Shown here piece after piece: positions 47,801-62,800 of a DNA stretch of 64,000 nucleotides. Both the position numbers and the translations under genes were made by a program. The notes under the pieces were generated by a model. The model searched no databases and was not told the DNA's origin. It was given only the letters and a program-made list of their open reading frames with translations. Every line of letters begins with the position of its first letter. Positions within the stretch are counted from its first letter, which is position 1. The DNA comes from Candidatus Omnitrophota bacterium (GTDB lineage: Bacteria; Omnitrophota; Gorgyraeia; JABMRG01; JAFGKX01). The stretch lies in contig JAZDPX010000023.1 in assembly GCA_043797125.1 (NCBI GenBank), forward strand, positions 67,098 through 131,097. Reading direction: 5' to 3'.

Positions 47801-50800
47801 AAATTCGGCGCGCAAGAAGTCTCAGAAAAATTGAAAGAAGCGCTTGGTAAAAGCGATATTAAACCGATATGCGTGACTATGGGTATATTGGAAACAGAGA
47901 TAAAGAAATATAAAGAGGAAAGGTCGAATAAGCCCGTATCATACAATTACGAATACGCTATGAAAGTGTTAGATGATATGGGTAAAACCGATATTGTGCT
48001 AAGAGTAATCGCGGAAAAGATAAATACGGCGCATACAGATACGAAATACGCCGGAAAGATAGAAAAAGATATGGCGCTTGAAGCCATTGAAGACGGCATA
48101 TCAAAGGCCTTGTTGGAAAACAGCAAAATATTCACAGAAGAACTAACCGATACCGATGCGAGAAAAGGGGCCCTTATAGCGTCTTATCTTGCGATACTCA
48201 AAGAGCTGGACCTTATTATTACCCCCGTTGACAAAATCGCGAAAACCCTCTCTGACCCCAAAAAACTTCAGGACTTACTAAATATATTCTCCAACGCAAC
48301 CATATCAGTGCAATCTGCCGGCGGATACACCCTCGGCAACGAAATCGCAATAATACATAATCTTGTAAAGCAGGACACTGCAATAACGATGCGCAGGGTC
48401 TCGGTTTCGCCTCCGGCAGCTGTTTTGGACAGTTTCTTAAAGATAATCAACGCCTTTGAGCAAAAAGGCCCGCAAATAACCGAAGAACCCAAAGGCGTAA
48501 CTTTCGAAGCCGCGGCAGAAGACCTTATTCAGCTTGATGACGTAGCGCATATCGCTGACGGCCATATTATAAGCTGGGCAAGCGCCGCCATGGAGAAAAA
48601 TAATAAAGAGTTAGATAAACTTATGCCGTTTTTAGAAAAAGCCGACGCGCCCAAAGATAAGATTGCCGAAAGAAACGAACTTGCCGATAAAAACGAAAAT
48701 CTGCAAAAGATAATCCGCATCGCGGCCGAAAGGGCGCAAATGCATATGCAGGCAGGCACGCACAATGAAAACCTGAAAAAATTACACAAACTAGAGAAGC
48801 AAATACCGGCACAGATCACATGGCTTGAACAAAAGGGGTATCTGACTAAGGAGTCATGCGGCGGCGAGAAAGGCGAACAAGGCTGGTCTAAGCAGCAGAT
48901 AGACACAGCGCTTCTTGCCGGTATTCAAAACAACTCTTTAAATTCATGGGTTAAGGTCGAGATGGCGAACGCGTGGAAAAACACGACAGAGACCGAATTA
49001 TTAAAAGCGCAAATTGAATTAACAAATCTAAGAATCGAGCAATACACAAATAACTTAAATACAAAGATTCTTAGGGTGAAGATATTAAACAACGACAAAC
49101 TCTCCTTCGATGAAAAGGCCGCCATCATAAGCGAAATAAATATTTTAGGCGAAGAAAGAGATTCGGCGATTTCGGAAAAGACAAACCTTGCAAACCAGAA
49201 GGCCGCAGAATGCAATGAGATTTTATTGAAAATAATGGGCCTTTCTGAAAAATTAGACACGCTGGTTTACGGGGCAACAGCGGCCCGGCCGGTTGAAGCG
49301 GGCATTATACCAGGCTCGATATTCGCAAACGAAACTAAATCTGAGTTTTATTTAAGCGGAAACATCCCGGACGAAAAAATCCAAGCCATTATGGAAACCG
49401 ATTATTACGCGAAATTCAGCGACGCGCCGTCTTCGGACGAGATTAAAAATATTGACGATGAAATAAACAAGACCGGCTTATTCAGCGACGCCAGGAGAGC
49501 GCTTGAAAAAGAAAAAGTGGAAAAGATGCGCAACCGCGATAAATACGTATGCATGGCAATAGAATTATTTTTAAGAGAAAATGAGGGCCTAAGGTCAAAG
49601 AACACATTTACAGAGAAAGCGTACAGCGCACTTACGGCCGGCACAGTAAAAGACATAACCGATGATATTACTAAAAGCCTTGAGAAATTCGAGAAGGCTA
49701 CGCAGGGACAACAGCAAGATCTGTGGAGTGAGGCTCTTGCGCAGGTAATGGAAGATGAAAAGCCCTTCACGCAGGATGAGCTCTTTGACCAAAGAGAACA
49801 GGCGCTTTTAGAAGGGAATCTGGAAAAGGTGAAGGAATTAAAAGATATACACAAAAAGATTAAAGAAACGATGGATAAGATTCGGGAGGACAGAAGGCAA
49901 AAGCAAGAGCAAGAAAAGCAGGAAAAAGAGGCGAAAGAAAGGCAGGAAAAAGAAGCGCAAGAGAAACTAAAAAGCCCGGAAGAAAAGCAAAAAGAAATAG
50001 AAAAGCAGCTTGAAGAGAAAGAGAAAGAAGAAGAACAGCAAAGGCAAAAACAAAAAGTTGTTTTAGAGGTTCAAAGGGATTTCTATTCGCAAAAAGGCCC
50101 GTCATGGTTTACTTTCACCCTAAACAGGCTCAGGCCATATGAGATATACGAAGGGATAACGAAGAACGAGGCTGAGTTAAAGATATGGGGCCTGAACGAA
50201 AAAAAGATAAGCCTCCAAAAGCAGCTGGATAAGATGAAAGACGCTAAGGCAAAGACAGAAAAAGACAAAAAGGCAGAGATAGACGAAGAAGCAAAGATAA
50301 ACAACAAAATAACAGAGATAAACAAAAAAATTGAAGTAATCAATAACGCAATCGAGGACTTAGAAAACCCGGCGGAACAGGCCTACACAAAAGCGCAGAT
50401 TGATGCCATAAAACTTGTTACCGAGGCTTGCCCGACAGCCGAGGAGATAGATGCATATATAGAGCGGCAGGATTACGCTAAGACATTCAAAGACAAACAG
50501 GAATTATACGAATATTTCCAGAAAAAGATAATAAAGGCCGAACATAGAGACCGCAAAGGGCTTTACTCGTTTGACAACGGCGAATACAGAAACAGGGTGT
50601 GGCAGTATATGCGCGATGAGGCGTTTAAGAAATTATTTCAGCTTGATTGCGCAAGAAAAGCAACGCTGCTTGAATCAGAGATAAACCGGAAAAAGGCTGA
50701 ATTAGAAGCGCTGCAAAAAGAGAAAGATAAAAAGAGCGATTATATCAAAATACTTGAGGATGATATAAAAAATCTTGAGAAAAAAGTTGAAAAAGAAAGG

Positions 50801-53800
50801 TTAGATTCGGTCGCAACACCTCCCGCGGGCGTCGCCACCTTAATGGTTTATTATATGTCAGGCGTATTTTCGCTTTTTGAAAGATTAGGGATTGATTATG
50901 AAAAAGGCCCGGCGGAAACAGGTTTTTGGTTTTCCGCACAAGAGATGCTGGAAGACATAAAGAGCTACTTTTTTACATATAAGAAAATAAAAGAATGGGG
51001 GACAAAGCGGGGTAATATTTCGCACTTCAAAGAAGAGATTAGTTCTTATGAAGCCTTGAGAAAGCCCCTACAAGAAGAATATGCGGAATTCTCGGAAGCA
51101 GAGAAGAGGTTAGGCGAGATAGCCGCTTTGATGGAAGAACATAAAGACGCAACCGGCCTGCCGGAATATAAGGAAATCGAGGATGAGATAAACAGGGCCT
51201 TGGCAGACTATAGGCAAGAAGACGAATCCAAAAAAGACGCGTTTGCTTTATACCGCGATGTTAGAAATAAAAGGGCCAGGGCAGAGGCTGAGCTTGAGGC
51301 TGTAAACCTTAAGCTTGAAGTTTTGAAGATGCAGGAAGAAAGCCTGCGCGCAAACGATACTTCGCCTGAGTATCCGGTGCTTATCCAGCAAATAAAGATA
51401 AAAGAGGCAGAATCAGAGATAGCCAAGAAAAAACGCGATTTGGGCATCGCGGTATTGCTTCTGGAATTTGAAGACATAAAAAAGGCCAAAGGCATCTTTT
51501 CGGATGAGGCGAAAAAGAAAGAGATTGAAATCGCGGACGCGGAAAGAGAAATAGATATCTTAAACAGCGAAAAGGCGCAGCGGGAGCGGGAGCTTGAAAT
51601 AGCAAGATACGATGCGCAGATGGAAACCGGAAGACAGGCAATTCCGTTATCAGCCGGATATGTAGGAAGCGAAGTGCTGGGGATAGTGGAACTTATTAAA
51701 AAGTACGAGCCCCTGAAGAACCATCCGGCGCTTACGGACGCGAGGCTGACAACGCGTTTTGCGATATTTACGGATGAGCTTAAGGATGTAGTTAAAATAC
51801 TGCAAAAAGACTTGGGCCTTGCGGAAACCGGCATATTTGACGAGAAGACGAGAATAGCGCTTATTGACGCATTAATAAAGCAACTGGAGAAGCAAAACAA
51901 TGACGAAGCTGACTGGATTAAGTTTTTAGAGACAGAAGAATACAGGCAGTTAAACAGAGAAAAGGTGCATAAAAAGCACCTGGTGGCGGATGGCGTAACA
52001 AAGGCTGTGCCCGGCCTTGAGAAAGCAAAAATTATTTCGCAAGAAGATCTCGCGGAGGCCCTTAATGCGGACAGCGTAGAAATAAGGCAATTGTTTGAAG
52101 AAATCCTTAAAAAGGCGCAAGATAAACAGAATCGTGAAATAGCGCGGCAGATAAAGGATATTATATCGCGAATCATAGATCTGGAAATCATGCAGAAAAA
52201 AATAGAAAAGGCCGGCACCGAATACAACCAGAAAGAATATGAAAAAGAAGAAAGAGACCTGCGCATACTCATACTCACCGCAGAGATAGACAAATTAAAT
52301 GCCGAAAAGGCGTTATTGGAGAATTCCGCAAACAAGCCGGCTTTGGTGGATAAAAATAACGCGGAAGCCGCCGTTAGCGCATTGGAAATCTTGTCGAAAT
52401 CCCCGACAAAGGCGCAGACAAGGTTCCTTACGGGTATTAAAAAACAGATAAAAGAGTTAGAGAGAGAACAGTGTTATGCCGCCTTCTGCAAGATGCTTTT
52501 GGGGTATGACGAAAAGAAGGACTCAGCGGGCGCCGGCTGCATCAGATGGTTTATGCAGCATATAACCGATTTAAAGCTGGAAGACAACGAAATTATGAAA
52601 GAGGCGTTTATTCAATTTTTAACCGAGCCAGGCAATATCATGTTGCCTTTCGCGCCTTTAAGGCAGGTTTTGATGGAAAAGGAATTAAGCGGGTTTTTAA
52701 ACAACGAAAAATTGCGCACGCAAAAGGCGAGGGAATTTTATTCGATAGAGTTGCAGGTTCAGGCAAGGGTAAAGGTTTTAACATTAAAAGACAAGGTTGA
52801 TGAAAGCGCTAAAGAATATGCGGATAAAGCCATCGAATTATTTAAAAAAGACGCAAAATACATAACCGACATAGATAAAATTACCCTGCTTAGATTTGCC
52901 GCCATACACCATAAAAACATAGCTGATTACGCCCTGGCTTATTATTCCGAACTTCATCAAAAATGGCTTGTCAGAAACCAGGTTCAAGAAGCGGGCCCGT
53001 CGGTTAGCAGCGAAGCTGCCAAGGTATTAAAAGAGGCGACTGAAAAAGGTTTTGAGATAGCAGAAAGAGAAATTAAATTTATTCTTGAATCAGAAAAACT
53101 AACAGCAAAAGAAAAAGAATTAGAAGAAAAGATAAAAAACAACAGCGTTGAAAATGCGGATTATCTTGAGTATTGGAGCCTTAAACTTCAATACTTAATT
53201 GAATGGCGCAACATAGTAAAACAAAAGTTTGAAAACCCGGTTTACTTGGATTGGGCATTGCCTATAATGGAAAAGCACCCCCATGTATACACTGACGCAG
53301 ACAAGCAAAATTACGCTCAGCTAAAAGATATATCTAAAGACGAAAAGGCCAAAGATGACTTTAATAGAGACATAATGCAGCATCAGGAGGCATTCGCGTG
53401 GGTAAATAAACGCATTGAGATCGATAAAAAAGAACAGGCCATAGCGGCTATTAAAGACAAAGATTCGATAGAGTTCGCGCTGGCGGATGCCGGCCTTGCG
53501 GTAAAACAGGCAGAGTTAAAAATAACGGAACTTTCTCCTTTGTTTATTCTTTGGCTTACCGGGGTAATAACGCTAAAAGATAAGGACGGTATTATACAAG
53601 ACCCTATCCTGGGCGAAGCCCAAAAGAGGTTATTGAGTTATATCAAAATGACAGGCACTAATACCGATACTCTTATACGCCTGGCGCGCGAACTTGCAGA
53701 AGGAACACAAAATTCCGAATATTTAAAATATGCCGTTGGCACAGAGGCTATCGCGGCCGAAAGCTGGCTGAAGTTTATTGAGGCCAAAAAGGCGGGCGTT

Positions 53801-56800
53801 GAAATCACAAAACAGATGCAAAAGCCGGACATCGACGCCATAGAAAAATCCTTTAAGAAAGCGGAGCTCGCGTTTCAGGAATTCAAAACAGATTTAGCGG
53901 GCATCGACGCGCTGCTTTCCATAAGCGAGGCATTGAAAATGCACGCATTTTATCCCAAGGAAACAAAGCAGAGGTGGGCCGGACAGATAGAAGGGATAAT
54001 AGAAAGGCTTAAGTTAAGAAAAAGCTCGCTTGAGAACGCCAAAAGAGGGGCGAAAACCGAAGAGGAAAGTTTTATTATTGATAATGAAATCAGGCTGATA
54101 GAGGAAACTCTCGATATAGCGGGGTATATCCTGAAGCAGCTCGATGGCAGCGGCCTCGCGCAGGAAGCAAGGGAGAAGATAGACTCAATAAGCCAAAAAA
54201 TAAAAGGCGAGATATACAGGCTTAGCTGGCTTAAGTTTCAGATAGAAGAATATGAAAAAAGGCTCAAAAAGGCAAAAGACGAAAAGGAAAAGGAAGACCT
54301 CGCCGTAAAAATAAACAGACTATGGCTTGAAGTGGCGGAAATAATAATCCAGCAAAAAAGAGAGCTCGCGCACAAAAAATACGAGGAGGCGGCAAAGCGA
54401 AACGATAAAAGGGCCTGCCTCGATATAATAAAAGCCCTTGTGGTAGAAGAACGGGCCTTCAGCAAGACAAAAGAGCGCCTAACAGGATACCCTGCCCATG
54501 CCGCAGATACCGGGCTTAGAGATTTTGTTTATAAAAACCTTTCAAACGACAGGGCGCATTTTGCGGATAAGGGATACGCCAAACTCATAGATTCAATACA
54601 GGACTCAAAAGCGCAAGGCAAGATGTTGACGCTGTCTTTTTTGCGCGAAAAGATAGAAAAGGCGGGTTTAAAAGGCGAGGAAGCCGAGGATATGTTAAAC
54701 CATATCCTTGTTTCAGCGTCAGCGGGCATAAATCCTAATGTCATAAAAATGGCCTACGAATTGATAAGCTCGCTGGATAATAAGCTGGCAAACGAGATAT
54801 CAATAGCCGCTTTCATAGACCCTGTAAGCTTCTCGAGGCTTGCTGAAGGGCTTTTTGCGGGATTTGTTGAATTCGGAGGCGTCGCGGAAGAACTTGATTA
54901 TACCGCAAAACTCATATCCAGCCTGTATCAGGAAAAAAGCCAGGTTGTGGCGCTTGAGAGCATGCAGGCTTGCCTACTCGATACAATTACCGATATGTTA
55001 GACAAACCCGGCGTTTTTAGGGATGCTTACCAAAAGTTTAAGGATGCGCAAACAGGCCTTATTAAGGACTTAGGCCTGGATACCAACCTCATAAACTCCG
55101 TAATAAGCCTGTCATTTGGTTATGAGATGCCTGACGGCGAAAACGAAACACAGATTAACGCGACCATAAGTTTTAAGAGCGGTGAAGTATCCTTGGCCAA
55201 AAAGACGGTGAGCCTAAGCATTTTGCAGGGCTATCTTGAGGCGTTACATAATCTTAAAACCCAGTTAGCCCGCGCAAAACAGGATATACTGATTTCATAC
55301 CTTTATATGCAGGAGACAAAAATAACGGCAATCCAACTGCAAGCCTTGGCGGAACAAATACGCCTTGAAAAGGATTTTGAGAAAGGCAGTGTTGATGAGT
55401 GGCTGTTTGATATCCACGAACAGCTTCTGCTCGCAAAAGCGGATGACAGCGCAGCTACTGCTGTGCAGCAATATAACGAGAGGGCAGCCCAAAAGAAGAA
55501 TATCAAGCTAAGCCTGCAAGAGATACGCAACATCGAAGACATAACAGAGGAAGCGCTTCAGGTAAAAGAATATGATATGCCTGACGGCGAACTTAAATTT
55601 GCCGCTGAGGTAAGAAAAGGCGCGGAATCTTTAATAGGAAGGCTGAGGTTGAGTTTCGGGCTTGAGGCGGAAGGCAATTTAGAGCAGATAAGCGAGGCAG
55701 ACTTAAGCGCGTTCTTAAGGTTTAAATGGGACCTTTATAACAGCCACGACGATGAGCGCAGGAAATTAGCTGAGGCGCAATATAATAAGACGCTTGCGGA
55801 TATTGATAACAGAATAGACCAGATAGATAAAAAGCTGGTCGAGCTTAAGGGAGCTGCTGCGCAGGATGCAGAGGAGCTGGATAGGCTAAGGACAATGTCG
55901 GAAAAGGAGACAGCAGAAGGATATATCGCGATATTCAAAAAGATATACGCAAATCTTAAAAGCAAAGAAGGTTTGCTGCTTGGTTCTGATGTAACAGGCC
56001 AAATAGGCCTTTTAAAAGCGACTACAGAGATGGCCATTCTTGACAGAGAGAGGCAAAACCTCATAAAAATGAGGAACGATATTAAGAATGCATGGGACAG
56101 AGGCGGGAAAGAAAAGGCAGCGGGAAAAGAGAGTAAAAAAGAACTTAAAAAAGAACTTAAAGCGGAAAAGAAGCGAGCAAAAGAACAAGAACAAGAAAGA
56201 GAAGCTAAAACCGCCACTATGATGGCAACTGTTAAAAAGGCTTCAAGAGAACGGATAGATGACATAGAGATAATGACAGAGAGTGACTTTGGGCGCCTTA
56301 AAGAATTGCTTGATGGCCTGGAACAGTATAAACGCAGGCTTTATCTGACAGATGAATATAAAAACAATAAAAAAGAGTTTGACGATTTAATAAACCCCAT
56401 TTACGAGGGCGCCGAAGGCAAAGCATTAGACTCTCTTGAAAATTCCAGGAACGCGGAAACCCTGTTAAAACTTCTGCCGGATCTGTTGCGCGCTTTAAGA
56501 TACGAAAGGTTATCCGCGGAAGATAGACAGAATGCGCTGAAAAAATGGACAAAGGCAATAGAAGCCAACGAATCAATCGAGGATAAAGAGAAATTTAGAA
56601 AGACGATAACCGATTTCTTTAAAACAGAATACGGCGAGAACGCTTTCAATAGCGAATATAAGCCATTATTCAGAAAGCTAAAGAGGGCCGATAGCGTAGA
56701 AGAGGTTATTGCCTGCCTCAAAGAGTTCGATGCGTTAAAGGGAAAATACGGATATCTTAAAAATATCGCAGCGGATAAAGAAAACGAATTTTGCGTAAGA

Positions 56801-59800
56801 GCCCACGAGGAGGCTGTCAGGTTTGTTGTCCCGCATCTTGCGGGAGATATGGAATTAACGTATAGCAATCAGAGCCGGATTCTGCCTTTATTAACAAAGC
56901 TATCAGCATATAAACTTAGAGCGCCGGAACGGGAAAAGCTCTATAAGCTATGGATGGATACCCTGCTGAAAATAGCTGAAAACGATAAACAGATATCCGA
57001 GAAATACCTCAAGCCGATACGCAAAGAGATTAAGGAAGCGCCGGAGATTATTAAGGCGCTTCTTTCAGAGTTAGAAAAAAATATCGAGACATCTTTGGAA
57101 AAATACATTGTTCTAAAGGCCCTGCTTGGCGCGTTGAATAGATGCCTTATGCAGGAAGAGGCAGGCAGCAAGGTGGAGGATGAGGCAGGCCGCGCCACGC
57201 TGCAGCTTAAAGCAAAATTAGGTAGAATAAAAGAAATTTTAGCGGCGATTGACAAAGACATCGCGTTTTTAAGAACGAATATTATCCCCAATGAAAAGGA
57301 ACTCGCGTTTATTTTAGGGAACATAAAATCAAATATGCTTGATTGCCAGAAGATAATGAGAACCGGTATTCCGGAGCTTATGGTAAAGGCAGGAAACCGG
57401 GACTATGCCACCCGGGCGCAGGAGCTAAATAACGAACTAAATGGAAAATACTATCATATAAAAGAGGCGCTTAAGTTTTCATTTATGAGTTATATAAATA
57501 CGGTTCAAAACGAAGAAAAAAGGCTCTATATCTTCCATTTATTTAGCGTTGATTTAACCGATAAATATAACATTTCCTATAACGAGGACGATCTAAAGGC
57601 TATTATAGGCAGCATGAAAGCTTCTGCGCAAAGTAAAGAAGCTTATTTAAAAATAGCCATTGAAAGAAGAGAGATGTTTGTAGTCGCGAAGATAAGAGAC
57701 TATTTAAAGGAATTGCAAGGCACTAGTTCCCTTATGGCCATAGATGAAATAACAAGAACGCTTGATGAGCTTTTTAAGGAAGCTGAAGGCTACAGAAATA
57801 TAGATTATAAGATAACCCAGCTGGAAGATAAATATGAAAATATTAAAGCCGCTGTTAATGGAAAGAAGGAAAATGCGGTGGCGGCATTTAACAGTTTATA
57901 TAAGGTAAACATAGGACTGCTTGATTACAAAAACAGCACATCAACTATCCGCGATGCCTGGTACGCCATAAGCAAGGCCGCGCTGGCGGCAGTAAGGCTT
58001 ACCACAGGCGCGCAGAGGCAGGATATCATTGACAAAACCACCCAGGCATATAATAAATACAGCGCGGCGGAAAAGGACAGGACGCAAAACAAGAGCCTGT
58101 TCCGCGATGCCTATAATAAGCATAGCGAGGATTTGAATAATATCAGAAACATAAAGCCCGCAAAAAGGATTGTCGAAATATACCGCATATTGAATGATTT
58201 CTCCATAGATGAACAGGAGGCTAAAGGCTTGTTTGAGGGAAGCGATATGCCCGTATTTAACAAGGACTGTTATGGGCTAAGAAACACCGCGCACATTATC
58301 CTGACAGACACCCTCAGCGAGAAAGACGCTATAAAGAGGAAAGACAAAGACAATATACTTAGTAATTTAAAAGAGATAATAGGCTTACTCAACATAGAGG
58401 AATTGGAGAAATTCGGCATAGAGGTTGAAAACAGCAGGATGGAGCGCTGGATGAGGGTATTTGAAAAATGGCGCGGGAACGAAACATTTACGGAAAGCGA
58501 GATAGCGAAAATTGAAAATACCCTAAAAGAAAAATTCGGCACGCAAAAAACTACGGCAGAAAGCCCCATAGACACAAATACGGCTGACTTAATTGATATA
58601 GTTAAAAGCGTAAGAACGAAGTTTTATGAGGAGCGCACATATAAAGCTGATATGAGGGAAGCCGACGCCATGAAAGGGCTTGCCGGATTTGAGTGGGGGC
58701 TGGGCATTGAAGGCACCCTGGGCCCGGTTGATTTATTCGACGGCTTTTTGAAAATAGATTTTATATGGTCTCCCGAGGCGGAAAAAGAGCACGCCGAGTT
58801 ATATAAAGATTTTGTCAACATCAGGCAGAGCCTGGCAAACAAAAGGGCTAATATGGCTTCGGTCAGGCACCTGCTCGATTATTTCAATATCGTGATACAA
58901 CTGGATCAGCTTGAAAAAGACACTGCCAGGAAAAACGCGCTTTTGGAAAAAAAGAGAATGTTAGAGGCCCATTTGCCCGCGGGAGTAATAGATAACATAG
59001 AAATGGCAAGCAGCTACTTGAATGCAGACGCTGATAAGATATTTGCGGCGGTATTATCGGAGCTTGATAAGACTTATTACTGCGCGGAAGTATCAACGCA
59101 TGACATGATGGATTTATTGGAGAGAATGCAGAAGGTTAACATAGAATGCAAACTCAAAGGCAAAACAGCCATAACTGTTTCCATAGGGCCGAACATATTA
59201 GCTTCTGTATTAAGGACGCTTTTGCCTCTGTTTCCGATGCTTTTCGGTAAATCAGGTTCTGAAACACGGACCCAGGCCAATGAACAGGCAGACAGAGCGC
59301 TTGAGTCGCTGATAAATTATGAGATACAGCTTAGGAAGGAGAAAGAAGCCGCAGTAATTTTATACGCGTATACCAGCCAAAACCTGAGCATAGCCCAAAA
59401 ATACTATAACAAGGCCAAACCTGATAAAAAAGACGCCGCGCTGAAGGCTCTTATCGTGGCGCAGGAGGCCTTTATTAACGCTCGCCTTGCGGTCATAAAC
59501 TCGGGGGCAGATTTAGACGGTGAATCAAGCAAAGCTATTATCGCGCAAATGAGCGAGTATCTCGAAAAACGCCAGGATATATTTAAGGAAATTCTCACGG
59601 CAGATAATCTTGCGGAAAAGAGTTTAGAAAATATTTTGCAGGAAATTGACGAAAAGATGGCCAGGGCAAAGGACGAATTTCTAAACGCTATCGAAGACAC
59701 GCAAGGCCCCGCAAGTGTTTTCACGGACTGGATAGAAGATGATTCTGCCAGGGCTATCATACAGGCATATTTGGCAAGCGAGGATGATACGGGGGTGTTT

Positions 59801-62800
59801 AGTTATGAGGATTTTATGGATTCCTCGGAAATCGCCACTGTAAGCAAAGGCCCCGGTTACCATGTATTGGTTCCTGTATCGGGCGCGGAACCTGGCCAAC
59901 AGCAGCAACTCAGGGGTTATCTGGAAAAAGAATTTAAAATCTCGGATATGTATAAATTTGTGTATGACTTTAGCGTCAACAGCGCCACGGATGATTTTAT
60001 TAATATGGTAGATGACGCAACAACCGCTAATACCGGGCTTGCGCTTATAGTAGATTTAAAAGACGGTTCGCAAATGCGTTTTCCGCTTAATGTCTCCTAT
60101 GATAGTGACGGCAATCTGCAGTATACGATGAGCGGCGGATACAGCAATCCCAAGGTAACTGCCGAGCTCGGGGCTGATTTTGGAGACGGCACGGACCCAT
60201 CCTGGTGGGCAAACATCAGCCAAAAATTTGAGAAGGCAAGCATCGGCCTGTATTATACCGGCGCAGCAGGCGAGTCGGAGAAGGAAGATGTCACCGTGAG
60301 TTTCGTGTATATGCCGGTCAATCTTTTTACGTTCGGCGCCAACGCAAAGTATGATTTCATAGGCAGTGAAGCGGGCAGCGACATATTTGTCAGCGTAAAA
60401 CCGCAGAAGAATGTAACAATAACCGTTGCCGGCTCCTATAGCGATAGTTCGGGTTTTGCGTCGAGCGGCAATGTAGCATACTTTTTACAGAAGACGGGCA
60501 CAAGATTAGATTTTGATATTAAGTCCGCAAAAAACCAGGATATCGAAGCGAGCGTAAACGGCAAGCAGAGAATATTAAAGATAATGGATATTATTTTTAG
60601 CGCGAGCCAGGAGGAACAGACCTTCGGAGTAGAGGTGCGCACCTGGAAGGAAGCATTGCAGTTTAAGGTCCAGACAAGCACAGACCAGACGCATGAGGCG
60701 CAAGTAAAACATCATGCTAAACGCACTGACGCCAGCCTCGGTTTTGAGTTTGGGCCGGAAGGTGATGCAACCGTAGAGGCAGAACTTAGTTACAGGCTTG
60801 GGGGTCCGAAAGCCACCACGCCGTCAGACTACTTCCCTGAAACCGAAGACTTTAACGATTCTACTATATTAGAAGACCTGGATTCAGGAGGCCAAACCCC
60901 GTTCTATGATAAACAAGGCCAACCGCAAGAGGAAACCAAAATACCGGATACGCCGGATATCCAGCAGGCAGAATCAACGCCGCCTCTTTCTACTATGCCG
61001 GTAGAAATGCCGCCTGAGGAGGTAGAAGAAGAGAAATGGTCGGTATGCGAGCGCGTCCTTGAGATTTATTCCGGTACAAAGAATCTAAAGGAATTAAGAA
61101 ATAAAGAAATAGCCGGGCTCTTTGAAGCCGCGGAAACAGCGATCAACGAATATAATACATCAAAGAAGTCTTTTGAAGACACATTGCAAGAGTTAGAAGA
61201 AATAGAAGAGAAGGTCAGGCTTACCGGCCTCGGCGCGAATGAGCTTAGACTTAAAATTGAGGACGCGCGCGATAAGTTAACCGAACTGCGAGACAAAATT
61301 ATAGGCTTAAATAACGTTATTAACGTGAGAAGAGCGCAGCGCAAGGAACTGCCGGAAGAATTGACCGAGTTTAGCGGCAATTTCGAAGAATTAATGACTG
61401 TCATCGGTAATATCCTGCTGGAATTAGACAAGCAGCTTGCCCGATTTAAGACTGCCAAAGAAGCTTCAGGCGCGCGGCTATCACCGATAATAATAGACGC
61501 AAAAACAGAGTCAGATTCATATCTTAAATACCTCACAGATTCGGTCAATGGCTGGCAGGAGTTAAACGGCAGGGTTGCTGGCCAGCTAAACGAAGACGAA
61601 TCCAAAGAATCTGAGGCAGTGAAAAAGTGGAACGGCTTATCTGAGGGAAAACAACATAGCCTTCAGGCGGAAATAGACAAAATCGCAAATGATTTAAAAG
61701 CGGGATACGCTGAGTTTTTCTCCTATGCGGCTAACAGCGAGAGTGAAATACGTTATTGGGCCAGGCTTATTGCTTCAGGAGGAGTTTCCAAAGAGTGGGT
61801 GATAGAGCGCATAAAACAATTAGGCTACCTTGTAAACAACACGCAATTGCAAAAATACCTGCTTAAAAATAACAAGCTGGATGGTTCATATAACGGCGCG
61901 GATAGGCAATCTCTGCGATACTGGGCAGCGGTGTTAAGCATAAAAGGCAAGGAATGGGCCAAAGATGAAATTGCCTTCAGGGTAGAACTTTTAGATGTAA
62001 TCAAGGCTGTATATGGATTTAAGGAAAAGGAATTTAATCCGGATTGCGCCTCTGACAGAGAAAAGATAGCCGCGTTTTCAGGAATGGCGGCTTTCGCGGG
62101 GGCTGATAAAGCAGGCCTGTTAGAGACGCTGGCCGCGATAAAAGATAACCAGCAGTATCTTAAGCAGATATTAGAAATGCGCCAGCAGGATAAATTCGAG
62201 ATTTCCCAGACCATTGCGCTTCTGAGATGGGCCGCGCTTATAAAGAAATGGGAACAGGCCGGCATAAACGCGCAGCTTATCTTGCAGTGCGTGATATTAT
62301 TAAAGGGCCATTATAAAAAGGCAAGCGAAGCGCTCAAAAGCTTAAGCGACAGCGCATATAATGATATTCTGAAAAATCCGTTTGCCAAGGAAATATACGA
62401 GCTTATTCAGATAGCGTCTATGGCGCAGGAAGGCGATGCTCTCGCAAATAATTCTTACGACGCGGAGTTTTTAAAGGTTTACCTTGATTCGCAGGCAACG
62501 CACTTAGGGGCCATAAAGCGCCTTATAGGACTTAAGCGCGATGACTCTATTATGTCCGCGCCAAAGGCGTATTTTTCAATACTTCAGGCGCTGCAGGAGG
62601 AATGGTCGAAAGATAAATCTCCGTGGACGCAGGAAGGGGTTATTGATGTAGCGCTGCTTATTGATAGGATGAATTACATAAAGACAGACACCGAGGCAAT
62701 AAGATCAATTTTCGGCAAAACATTAGACCTCACGAATGCCGAAGACCTGAGCAGACTTGCGTGGCTTGGCATGGCAAGTATAGGCGTCGGTAATCTGTCA

